From the IMG/VR virus record IMGVR_UViG_3300042868_005339: a DNA stretch of 64,000 nt. One strand, written 5' to 3'. Both the position numbers and the translations under genes were made by a program. The notes beneath the pieces were generated by a model. That model was not told the DNA's origin. It saw nothing but the letters and a program-made list of their open reading frames with translations, and made no database searches. This DNA is from a virus. Positions within the stretch are counted from its first letter, which is position 1. Every line of letters begins with the position of its first letter. Below, in pieces: positions 8,712-16,815 of the stretch.

Positions 8712-9202
8712 ACCATGATGCGGATTCGACTGCGAATCTTTGAGATATGGCGAGTCTTTTTGAGAACAGCGCCACCTTCACGGCTTCCAGCACCATCTGT
8801 ATTCCCCTCAATACTTTTGATGTTGCCATTTTTGTCAGGAGATGAGAGGGCAATTCCAATGTGACTGAAAGTGAAAATCAAAATATCACCAGCTTGAATG
8901 TCGCCCTTATGGGGCTTCTTCGTGTGCGTTGATTCGTCTTGTTCACGACTCCAATTTTCAAAGTCCCATGCTCCTGCTGTCCTTGGACGCTTAAATGTCT
9001 TGGTTTCCTTGATTCCGGCTAGCGCCAGAGCCTCGCGGAAGCACCAACAAACGTAAGCTGCACACCACGGCCAACCAACTTTTGGGTTAAGCCAAGTGGA
9101 CGCCTTATACTCATCAACGCGAGGTCCACAGTTTGTGCCATTGACCTCTGTGACTCCGACTTCTTTGAGTGCTACTTGAACGAGTGCTTCTGATAGTTTC
9201 AT
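8708..9202 (-). CDS. CHAP / NlpC-P60 superfamily peptidoglycan hydrolase (endolysin candidate)
   Basis: GWPWCAAYVCW (catalytic Cys context), GDILIFTFSHIGIAL (His), IEGNTDG. Confidence 0.8.
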   Translation of the reverse strand: MKLSEALVQVALKEVGVTEVNGTNCGPRVDEYKASTWLNPKVGWPWCAAYVCWCFREALALAGIKETKTFKRPRTAGAWDFENWSREQDESTHTKKPHKGDIQAGDILIFTFSHIGIALSSPDKNGNIKSIEGNTDGAGSREGGAVLKKTRHISKIRSRIRIMV

Positions 9203-9300
9203 ACTTTTGGAGAGCTAACAATGATGATGCCCCAAACAAGCAGGCAGATGGCAGTTATCGCAAGAATAGAAACCTGCGCGATAGAGAAATCTTGGATCAT
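9199..9300 (-). CDS. 33-aa single-pass membrane peptide (holin-like candidate)
   Basis: Not in the track. MIQDFSIAQVSILAITAICLLVWGIIIVSSPKV. ATGA overlaps at both ends (9297-9300 and 9199-9202). Confidence 0.5.
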   Translation of the reverse strand: MIQDFSIAQVSILAITAICLLVWGIIIVSSPKV

Positions 9301-9554
9301 GGATATTTGTCTTCCTCAATCATACGGGCGTTGTGCTTGTGAAGGAATTTAGCCAGATCGCTGCTGAGTGTATCAACAACTTCTTCTGGCAGAATCCATT
9401 CCCACTCATGGAGGAATTCATGAATGAGAATGCGGAGATGATGCTGCCCGCATAAACGCTCGTCAATCTCAATATTACCGTTGCCGTAAGCAAGACCTAA
9501 AGCCTTGTGACGGCCTAGCTTTCGCTTTTTAACGGTTATTGAAGTAACCTTCAC
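9297..9554 (-). CDS. small HExxH-motif protein (putative zinc metallopeptidase-like)
   Basis: 85 aa with LRILIHEFLHEWEW. Confidence 0.5.
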   Translation of the reverse strand: MKVTSITVKKRKLGRHKALGLAYGNGNIEIDERLCGQHHLRILIHEFLHEWEWILPEEVVDTLSSDLAKFLHKHNARMIEEDKYP

Positions 9555-9919
9555 TGTTTTTGGCGGATGCTATCAACCATTGCTATGGTGGCCCCACGAA
9601 TATTGTTTTTGATTTGGTAGCTTGTTTTATTCGGGTTGCGAGCAAGAGAAGCCTTGATTCGATCTTCAAGTGAAGAATCAACATTGGTTTCATCCTTCTG
9701 CCGATAGCAACGAATGCGAGTTGTCATGCGACGTTTAGCGTCCCAAACTGGGAAGTCTTGCGCCTCAAATGCCCCTGATGAGACGCCACTTTTCAGCATG
9801 TCATGTACTCTTTCGGGAGAGCATTGAAGCTCTTCGGCAATATGCTCCTTGGTATCCCAACCATGGGGAATGCAATACTTTTCAGCGTTGATCTTGTCGA
9901 TAGCCTTTTGCCATTTCAT
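9551..9919 (-). CDS. hypothetical protein
   Basis: 122-aa ORF overlapping the next start. Possible HTH (IAEELQCSPERVHDMLK). Confidence 0.6.
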   Translation of the reverse strand: MKWQKAIDKINAEKYCIPHGWDTKEHIAEELQCSPERVHDMLKSGVSSGAFEAQDFPVWDAKRRMTTRIRCYRQKDETNVDSSLEDRIKASLARNPNKTSYQIKNNIRGATIAMVDSIRQKQ

Positions 9920-9939
9920 TTGGTTTTGTGGTATGGTTG

Positions 9940-11925
9940 TTAATCAACAAAGATTGGGAACGTGACCGTTCTTCCGTATCGCTTGTCAAAGATAAAGCCA
10001 GTCTGTGATGGTGGCTCGTAAGGTGCCTTGATGGCGATGGAGTAGGCATTGAAGCCAATTAAACTCCCGTTGCAAACCCACTTTGGATTTTGCTGACTTT
10101 GATGCCAGTGACCAAAGATGTCTAGGTCTGCTGGAACACCCTTGTTCCACGAAGAAATAGCCTTCTCAACTGGGATGGTCAACCCACCAACGCCACCTTG
10201 GTATTGTAAGCCGTCTCCGTGATGAATGCGAAGTGTCTTGCCGTATAGATCGAGAAGCAAATGGTAACCATCAGAAACATGCCAAGAGGCTTTATTGCTA
10301 AGGTGCTTTGCCATCGTTTTGTAAAGCATCCACTCGTAGCTGTTAGCTGCGCCTGTAGCGTGACGTGGCTTGCGCGTCGTATTGCCACTGATAAACGGAA
10401 TGCCGTTACGTCGTGTAATTAAAGCTCCGTTTTTTACAGTACCGCACCAAATCACGCCGCTATAATACTCTTGCTTGATGGATTCCGACCATTTGTTGAT
10501 CTGATATGGGCTAGTATTAGAACGAACGCTCAATACACAATCCCCTCGATTATCAACACGGAGGCGAGATGAAATTCCATTCATCATCAATAATGCCTGA
10601 AGGCTTTCCAACGATGTTTTATCTTTATAAATTTGACCGCCTCCTGTTTTTTCTAAACTTCCATCAGCCTGAAATACAGTCTCAAGAAATACCTCAACCT
10701 GCCTTTGTGATAGATTGAACATCCAATCTGGAAGCTGGCCCTTTGATGGTAGCAGTTTCAACAAATCTTGACTGTGATCTGGTGAAATTTGAAAACAAAA
10801 TTCTCTCTTTGCCGTCAAGCATTGAACTCCTTTGATGATAGGCGGTGGACGATGGCGAGACACCTCCTTGTATGTCATATTTTCGCTTTTGAGAATCTTG
10901 CGTATCTCTTCAATTCCCTCCTCCTTACTTTGGTAAATACGGTAATAAGAATTACTGATTGTATTAACGATGTGTCCATCTGTCCAAATCCAAGCTAAAA
11001 TACGAAGCATATCATCAGATACGCTGTTCAAATCTTCTTTAGAACCAGTCGCTGTCTTTGGAAATCCTCTCCAAGCAAAACTACCAGATGGAACAGGCTT
11101 GAGGTCTTTCATTTCCTCAAAATGGCGCTTTCCAGTTTTGAGCGATTCAACAACCATCCTATGACCTGGAGTAACTTTAAAATCCATTGTGGCAGTTTTA
11201 CCAACAAACATATATCCATCCCACAGATCTACATAAACATCATCAAGTGGTTGCCATTCTGCGGCACCAGTTTCCATGTTGTATGTTGCAGCAATGTCTC
11301 CAACCTCAATTTCATTGTATTTCTTCCACCCACTTCTAGTCAGGAGTTCCGTTTCTGAATCATGACATCTGCCATGATTTCCATAGACACAGGGAATCAC
11401 AATTTCTCCAAAGTGCTTGGACAGCAATTCAACTCCACTGGCGATCTGATCTTGAAGCCACAACACTGTCTGAGTTGGAGACAAAGCGTTATTCTCCAAC
11501 AGTTCCTCGTGGATGTAGCCAGTCATTAAATCGCCACCCAAGATCAGCACAAGGCGATCAATTTTAGCACCATGGCGTTGAATCTTCGCCATGCGAATAA
11601 TCGAGTTCCAGAAACGGTTGATTCGCTGTTCAGCAATATCAAGATTGAACTCGTTTAGATTGTTGATGGTTTTTCCTTCAACCGTCTCTTCGACATGCCA
11701 ATCTGATGCGACGGCTACAAAAGTTGCTTCGGAGTCAAAATCACTGACCGCATTAATCTTGGAAGCAACAGGCTTCACGCCACCGATTCCAAGTGCGATA
11801 TTAAGCTGATTGTCCTTTTCTGAAATGACGTTGAGCAGCTTTTTACGCTCACTCTCAAAGTCGGCCACAGTCTTCTTGTGGCGAATCTCCTGGGTTTCAT
11901 GAACAGCGGTGGACCAGTTTTTCAT
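9940..11925 (-). CDS. calcineurin-like metallophosphoesterase (SbcD/Mre11-type nuclease candidate) interrupted by an intein
   Basis: SDWHVEE, LILGGDL, YGNHGR, then a 329-aa insert, then IHHGDG and FGHWHQ. Confidence 0.8.
   Translation of the reverse strand: MKNWSTAVHETQEIRHKKTVADFESERKKLLNVISEKDNQLNIALGIGGVKPVASKINAVSDFDSEATFVAVASDWHVEETVEGKTINNLNEFNLDIAEQRINRFWNSIIRMAKIQRHGAKIDRLVLILGGDLMTGYIHEELLENNALSPTQTVLWLQDQIASGVELLSKHFGEIVIPCVYGNHGRCHDSETELLTRSGWKKYNEIEVGDIAATYNMETGAAEWQPLDDVYVDLWDGYMFVGKTATMDFKVTPGHRMVVESLKTGKRHFEEMKDLKPVPSGSFAWRGFPKTATGSKEDLNSVSDDMLRILAWIWTDGHIVNTISNSYYRIYQSKEEGIEEIRKILKSENMTYKEVSRHRPPPIIKGVQCLTAKREFCFQISPDHSQDLLKLLPSKGQLPDWMFNLSQRQVEVFLETVFQADGSLEKTGGGQIYKDKTSLESLQALLMMNGISSRLRVDNRGDCVLSVRSNTSPYQINKWSESIKQEYYSGVIWCGTVKNGALITRRNGIPFISGNTTRKPRHATGAANSYEWMLYKTMAKHLSNKASWHVSDGYHLLLDLYGKTLRIHHGDGLQYQGGVGGLTIPVEKAISSWNKGVPADLDIFGHWHQSQQNPKWVCNGSLIGFNAYSIAIKAPYEPPSQTGFIFDKRYGRTVTFPIFVD
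10381..11367 (-). mobile_element. intein with LAGLIDADG-type homing endonuclease domain
   Basis: Cys1 TGT at 11365-11367 right after GNHGR. VTPGHRM block. LRILAWIWTDGHI and VEVFLETVFQADGSL. Ends ...IPFISGN (AAT 10381-10383) followed by Thr. Confidence 0.8.
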
Positions 11926-11949
11926 ATCGCAAGGATAGGTGTTGATGGT

Positions 11950-12069
11950 TTACTTCTTCATTCCTTTGGGGATCTTCCCAAATGGGATTCCAAGGAAAGA
12001 TAGTGTATCTTTGCCCTGTGTTTTGACGGCTTTCTTGACTGTTTTGGCTGGCTTTGTTGGTTTTTTCAT
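11950..12069 (-). CDS. 39-aa basic peptide (hypothetical)
   Basis: Not in the track. MKKPTKPAKTVKKAVKTQGKDTLSFLGIPFGKIPKGMKK. Confidence 0.3.
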   Translation of the reverse strand: MKKPTKPAKTVKKAVKTQGKDTLSFLGIPFGKIPKGMKK

Positions 12070-12079
12070 TTGGTATATT

Positions 12080-12175
12080 TTATGGTTTTACTGAAACTAT
12101 TAGCGCCCAGACTGATATGGATACCACTGCAAAACTGAATCCTATAAACTCATTAGCGGTTAAATATAAACTCAT
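12080..12175 (-). CDS. 31-aa membrane peptide (hypothetical)
   Basis: Not in the track. MSLYLTANEFIGFSFAVVSISVWALIVSVKP. ATGA overlap with the lipoprotein stop at 12172-12175. Confidence 0.45.
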   Translation of the reverse strand: MSLYLTANEFIGFSFAVVSISVWALIVSVKP

Positions 12176-12366
12176 GGTTGAATATTGCGAGGAGATTTTG
12201 CGCTGGTTCTGCCAAACTCAGCAGCAGCGGCGGAAATAGCTCCAGCTTGACCTCCAGTTAGATAACCGACTCCTCCAGCCACAGCGATGCGCTTTACGTT
12301 GGATGAGTCTGCAATTGAGCAGGAAGACAGTGTTGAGACGACAAGGATAAGTGAGAGGTATTTCAT
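12172..12366 (-). CDS. small lipoprotein (o-spanin-like or exclusion lipoprotein candidate)
   Basis: Internal start of the 12172-12498 track ORF. MKYLSLILVVSTLSSC has a lipobox, followed by a Gly-zipper (GGVGYLTGGQAG). ATGA overlap with the upstream stop. Confidence 0.6.
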   Translation of the reverse strand: MKYLSLILVVSTLSSCSIADSSNVKRIAVAGGVGYLTGGQAGAISAAAAEFGRTSAKSPRNIQP

Positions 12367-12842
12367 GGTGCGGCAACTTGAATAAGTAGTGGTGAAATGC
12401 CCAAGTTGGCAGGAGAAACTTCTGCTGAAGGAATGCGAAGAAGGAGGCGAGTTCCAGCATCCGCTAGCATTTTGTGAACTACCTCGGAGCAGAACCATTT
12501 TCCATTCTCTCGCGCTGGCTTTTTGGTGAGAAACCTTGCAACGCTCCAGTAGTCGTATGGCATGCCAAGCTGGCCCAAAAACAAGCTAATGGCATGATTG
12601 TAATCTTCATCGCTCATGCTTGGGATGGCAAACCAGTCGATCAGTCGGTTATCTGATTCGTCCAGAGTATGGAGCCGGACCCCTTTGAACTCTCGCGATT
12701 CAATAATGCGATTTGTGGTGCCAGGAATAAGCATCGCCGCATGTGAATACTTTGAGCGGGTCTGCTTTTTGATAAGCCAAGACACCACTCCATCACCATT
12801 GAATAGGGCAATGCGAGGCTTCATGTTTGGTTCTGTGATCAT
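12363..12842 (-). CDS. permuted papain-fold (YiiX/C92-like) amidase candidate
   Basis: KYSHAAML ... GMPYDYW ... WFCSEVV, i.e. His before Cys in the order of the permuted NlpC/P60 clan. Confidence 0.6.
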   Translation of the reverse strand: MITEPNMKPRIALFNGDGVVSWLIKKQTRSKYSHAAMLIPGTTNRIIESREFKGVRLHTLDESDNRLIDWFAIPSMSDEDYNHAISLFLGQLGMPYDYWSVARFLTKKPARENGKWFCSEVVHKMLADAGTRLLLRIPSAEVSPANLGISPLLIQVAAP

Positions 12843-12850
12843 TTAATAGA

Positions 12851-13141
12851 TCATGGCTTTTTCATGGAGTCTTTAATCTCGGTGACCGCCTCCCTGATGT
12901 ATTGCAAGTCGCGAGACTGCACGGCGGATTCTTTTTGGATCGCGTTAATGATTGAGCTATGCGCTCTGAGTTCTCCACGCATTTCAAAACGATCTGAGCT
13001 AAGACTAGCGATTCTTCCCTCTTGAGTTGCAACCCAGCCACCTACAGTGGCTGCTCCAGCTAGCAGGCTAACGACACCGCCGATCAACCACCGGATGGTT
13101 TTGCGCAGTTCGTCGATGGCTAAGGATTCGTCGTTGCTCAT
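12851..13141 (-). CDS. N-terminal TM plus coiled-coil protein (i-spanin-like or holin-like)
   Basis: IRWLIGGVVSLLAGAATVGGWVA, then a helical charged region. Confidence 0.55.
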   Translation of the reverse strand: MSNDESLAIDELRKTIRWLIGGVVSLLAGAATVGGWVATQEGRIASLSSDRFEMRGELRAHSSIINAIQKESAVQSRDLQYIREAVTEIKDSMKKP

Positions 13142-13160
13142 GGTTTATTGATCAATTTTG

Positions 13161-13544
13161 TTAAGATTGAGAAGCTAATGCTGATGCAAAAATAGCGTCG
13201 ATTTGCTCTGGCGTTTGACCAATCACTGTAGCAAGCGCAATAACAAAAGGATGGTCGCGCTGGACAGTAGTGCTCTGCGCTGTGTTCCACCAGATTTCTC
13301 CTTCGATAGTGGCAAGCGCGGCGGTTTTGACTTGCTCGTAGAGTCCGGCTTGCAGGAGAGCGAATGCTAAAGAGCGAAAGCTAACTACTACTGGATCGGC
13401 TGGCTTTGAATACCACGCTTTCTGCAATTCAACCAAGGTTGATTTTTCTCCAGGGCCGTGCCAAATGAGCGTGTCGTAGTCGTTGCCTGACAGGCTCCAT
13501 TCGGCCAAGGGGTGAGCGTAGGAAATTGCTAGGCTAAGGTCCAT
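13161..13544 (-). CDS. hypothetical protein, possible fibre accessory/assembly protein
   Basis: 127 aa, directly downstream of the fibre gene. DYDTLIWHGPGEKSTLVELQKAW resembles XkdW-type proteins (weak). Confidence 0.5.
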   Translation of the reverse strand: MDLSLAISYAHPLAEWSLSGNDYDTLIWHGPGEKSTLVELQKAWYSKPADPVVVSFRSLAFALLQAGLYEQVKTAALATIEGEIWWNTAQSTTVQRDHPFVIALATVIGQTPEQIDAIFASALASQS

Positions 13545-13547
13545 GTT

Positions 13548-16070
13548 TTAGAAGGATTGGAGGAATAGAGTTGAGGCGGTACGTGAGAACAAAGCAGTAT
13601 CTGTATCAAGAACACTGCGATTTAGAAAAACACTTCCAGTTCCTTGCCTATACCACTGCACTTTGTAAGTTCTAGGAGATATAGTTCCAGGTGTATAGAC
13701 CACTTCAAAAGTCACTGGAACCACAGAACCAGTGCTGTTAAGGAAGGTGAAGGCATGTGCTTGCAAACGAACGCCTGCTGCGTCACCTTGAAGCAAGGTT
13801 CCGTCTTCATTAACTAATCTGTAGATTATAGTTGCTGTTGATGGATTGCCAGCCAATAAACATGCTCTGACTAATATTTTTTGAGTGATGCTAGTAGCTG
13901 TAAAGCTAAGGCTTAAACCGCTAATATCCGTCCATGCAGCAGCATTAAGTGTTTCAGTGTTTGTTTTTGCGATAAATAATGGAACCCCAGGAAGGCCGGT
14001 GCAGTTAATTAGGTTGCCGCTTACTGGAGTTCCAAGCGCAGGTGAAATAAGCGTTGGGCCTTGAGCGAAAACCAATGATCCACTGCCAGTTTCATCTGAC
14101 ATAACTCCCCTCAGTTGAGTGCTTGTTGTAGGAGCAAACTGAGAAAGTGGCTGTGATGTCAGCGCATCGCCAATTCCGGCACTACTCCATTCAAGGTTTA
14201 GATCTGATCCAGAAACAGCATTAATTGAAAGCACCTGACCAGCCGTTCCAGTTTCAGGAGGTAAAACTAGAGCATAGCTATCTTGAGTTGATCCGCTTGG
14301 CCTAATGCTAATATCGTAAGATACGGGTGGATCTGCGCCTGTTTCACCTGCAAATCTTAATGATGTTTCAGGGTATGTTGTAATAGAAACAGATGATGTT
14401 CCTACCTCTGCTCTAACGAGAGCATCCTGTCCACTGCCAGACGTGCAAAAAAGTTGTGTCGCGGCGATGGTGCCATTATCATTTGCGGTAACAATGCTAT
14501 TTTGAATCAGCTTCCCGGTTGTGCTATCAAATCGAACCAGTGCATTATCGGTGGAGCTAGCAGGACCAAAAACATCGCCAAGGATATAATTTGGTCGAAT
14601 GAAGTAAGTCCCGTTTGATGCGTGAGCATGGACTACTGCCAACACTTGAACGATTGGATTTGGCGCAGAAGGCTGCGTTTTAGTTAGCGATCCAGTCGTT
14701 GTTCCAGCGTAGATGATTTCGCCATCAACCCATGTTTGACCGTAGTTTGCACCATTGGTCTGAATGCCTCGCAGTTTGCCAAACGCAATGACGAATCCTT
14801 CGCTTCCAGTTGTTAGCGATTCACCCGTAAGACCCATGAAAAACGTAGCAGGGCCAGTGCCGTTCCACGGTTGGATGAGTAGCTTTCCGCTGTTGCCAGT
14901 GGTGCCAGCGAACATCACAGGAACACCTTTAGCAATCGTGCTGCCAGTGCTATTTTGGACGTGATAAACGATATGTTCTCCAACGTGTAAAGCGAAACCG
15001 TTCAACTGGATGTCCAGTGTTTCTTCGTCAGCGTTCCACATCATCTGCCCTTGTGCGGCGAGACTGCCTGTTGGCGTGGTGTCCATCGTCATCGAATTGA
15101 TGGCAGCAAGATCGCCAACATCCGATTGCGTGACTTGACCGTTCTGGATCAACTTACCTGTTGTGCCATCGTAACGCACTAGGGCGTTATCAGTCGCGGA
15201 AGCAGGTCCAACCACATCACCTGAGCCACTGGCTGTCGAGTTAATCGTGATCGAATCCGTTGAGGAATTCGTAGTGATGGTAATATTGCTACCAGCGACA
15301 AGCGTGAGTGTATCACTGGTGGAATCTGCCACAACATCGCTTTGACCTGCAACAGCAAAAGTCCCGAAAAGATTCTGATCGCCTGTATTTGTGCCAGCCA
15401 GATTAAGCGTGGTCTTCATTGTGGTTGCATCAACTCCAAGCTGAATGCTTCCAGATGTTGTCACGGGCGATCCTGAATCAACCTGGATGCCATCTGTGCC
15501 GGTGATGCCAACACTAGTAACAGTTCCAGTTCCTGCTGAACCATTTGCAGCAGAAGTGATGCGACCCTTGCTGTCCACCGTGATATTAGCCAGCGTGTAT
15601 GCCCCTGGAGTTACAGCCGTAGATGCTAACGTGGCAGCAGCAGAACCAGGGCCAGAAGCGGTGACATCTCCCGTGAGTGCTGTGATGTAGTTTCCAGCAT
15701 CCTGCTTTGAATCAAAATCCTGCCAGTCTGCGGATGTCAATGCGCCAGTGGTCGAAGCGGAAGAAGTTCCAAGGCTCAATGCTTGACCTGCAATAGATAG
15801 ACCATTTGCAGTTCCAATCGTTACGTTGCCTGTATTCGTGCCAGAGAGTGTTCCGGTAGCTCCATCAGCAATCGTGATTCCTGAGTTCTGGATGATCTTG
15901 CCACTCGTTCCATCAAAACGAACAATCTGGTTATCCACCGAAGAGCTTGAGCTAGTCACATCTCCAGTTCCACTGACAGGATTGGCGACATTGATTATAA
16001 TGCCACCATCGCTCAGAACCTCAATCGTTGGTCCAAGGGTGGAATTGACGGAGATATTTGTCTGGCTCAT
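13548..16070 (-). CDS. tail fibre / receptor-binding protein
   Basis: 840 aa, Gly/Ser/Thr-rich. Three copies of GDV...DN(A/Q)(L/I)VR(F/Y)D(G/S)T(S/T)GK(I/L)IQN. Confidence 0.75.
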   Translation of the reverse strand: MSQTNISVNSTLGPTIEVLSDGGIIINVANPVSGTGDVTSSSSSVDNQIVRFDGTSGKIIQNSGITIADGATGTLSGTNTGNVTIGTANGLSIAGQALSLGTSSASTTGALTSADWQDFDSKQDAGNYITALTGDVTASGPGSAAATLASTAVTPGAYTLANITVDSKGRITSAANGSAGTGTVTSVGITGTDGIQVDSGSPVTTSGSIQLGVDATTMKTTLNLAGTNTGDQNLFGTFAVAGQSDVVADSTSDTLTLVAGSNITITTNSSTDSITINSTASGSGDVVGPASATDNALVRYDGTTGKLIQNGQVTQSDVGDLAAINSMTMDTTPTGSLAAQGQMMWNADEETLDIQLNGFALHVGEHIVYHVQNSTGSTIAKGVPVMFAGTTGNSGKLLIQPWNGTGPATFFMGLTGESLTTGSEGFVIAFGKLRGIQTNGANYGQTWVDGEIIYAGTTTGSLTKTQPSAPNPIVQVLAVVHAHASNGTYFIRPNYILGDVFGPASSTDNALVRFDSTTGKLIQNSIVTANDNGTIAATQLFCTSGSGQDALVRAEVGTSSVSITTYPETSLRFAGETGADPPVSYDISIRPSGSTQDSYALVLPPETGTAGQVLSINAVSGSDLNLEWSSAGIGDALTSQPLSQFAPTTSTQLRGVMSDETGSGSLVFAQGPTLISPALGTPVSGNLINCTGLPGVPLFIAKTNTETLNAAAWTDISGLSLSFTATSITQKILVRACLLAGNPSTATIIYRLVNEDGTLLQGDAAGVRLQAHAFTFLNSTGSVVPVTFEVVYTPGTISPRTYKVQWYRQGTGSVFLNRSVLDTDTALFSRTASTLFLQSF

Positions 16071-16438
16071 CAGGTTGTAGTCGTGTAGTTGGAGAGCACT
16101 TCTCCGATTCCTTCAATCAATGTTTCGACATAAGCAGGGCTGCTGGTGTCGGTGGTTTCAATCTGCCAGACATATTGACCAATGGGCAATTCGTAGCGAC
16201 CTGGATTGATAGTGAACACCCAATTGGACGCATCGGTAATGGTGATGTCGGAATTTCCGCTGGATAGTTCAAGCGTCGGCATCACGCTCTTTGGATTGAG
16301 CTTGAACGCCATCTTAACTGAGGCCAGATTTCCAGGCGCAACACGATTTGACACGGTGATGGACGGAAATCCATTCCATGTGTCTCCGGCAACGAAGACA
16401 ACCATTGCGTTTACTTCATCAGAAAATGCTGGCCTCAT
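16070..16438 (-). CDS. hypothetical virion protein
   Basis: 122-aa ORF whose stop overlaps the fibre start. Beta-rich composition. Confidence 0.6.
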   Translation of the reverse strand: MRPAFSDEVNAMVVFVAGDTWNGFPSITVSNRVAPGNLASVKMAFKLNPKSVMPTLELSSGNSDITITDASNWVFTINPGRYELPIGQYVWQIETTDTSSPAYVETLIEGIGEVLSNYTTTT

Positions 16439-16450
16439 AAGATGGGATGA

Positions 16451-16723
16451 TTATTTGAAGACGCCCATTTTCTTAGCGCGATCCATCATGTCTTCTTCTT
16501 CAGACATTTCTTTCTCAGGCATCGTCACTTCGACCTCCACCCCTTCATCCTCCATCTCCATTTCGTCATCTTCCATGACTGGGATTTCGGTGCCATCAAT
16601 GGCAGTCAATGTGATATTGCCGTCTTCATCGGCGAGGAATGTTCCAACAGCTTGAAACGGCTGTCCAGGTGTTGCGTCTTCTGGCATTTGCCAGCCTTCA
16701 GGTGATGTAAAAGAGAGAGTCAT
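16451..16723 (-). CDS. highly acidic small protein (start taken at first ATG)
   Basis: MTLSFTSPEGW...MEDDEMEMEDEGVEVEV...EEEDMMD. The track ORF extends to a TTG at 16762. Confidence 0.6.
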   Translation of the reverse strand: MTLSFTSPEGWQMPEDATPGQPFQAVGTFLADEDGNITLTAIDGTEIPVMEDDEMEMEDEGVEVEVTMPEKEMSEEEDMMDRAKKMGVFK

Positions 16724-16757
16724 AAGCAATGAGCTATTAGCAGAGTTTTGGTGTGTA

Positions 16758-16797
16758 TGCAAGAAAGGCGGGGCTAGTTTTTTAGACTAACCCCGCC
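16758..16797 (-). terminator. hairpin plus U-tract right after the capsid gene (terminator/attenuator)
   Basis: GGCGGGGCTAGT (16767-16778) pairs with ACTAACCCCGCC (16786-16797) with one mismatch. On the minus strand it is followed by TTTCTTG. Confidence 0.55.
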
Positions 16798-16815
16798 TCA
16801 AGTGGTTCTACTCGA

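Noticed and set aside
12172-12498. 108-aa track ORF and the 80-aa ORF at 12218-12460 overlapping the amidase gene
   Set aside because: The first 44 codons overlap the 159-aa gene out of frame and translate poorly. The internal ATG at 12366 gives a clean lipoprotein signal peptide and an ATGA overlap, so only 12172-12366 is retained.
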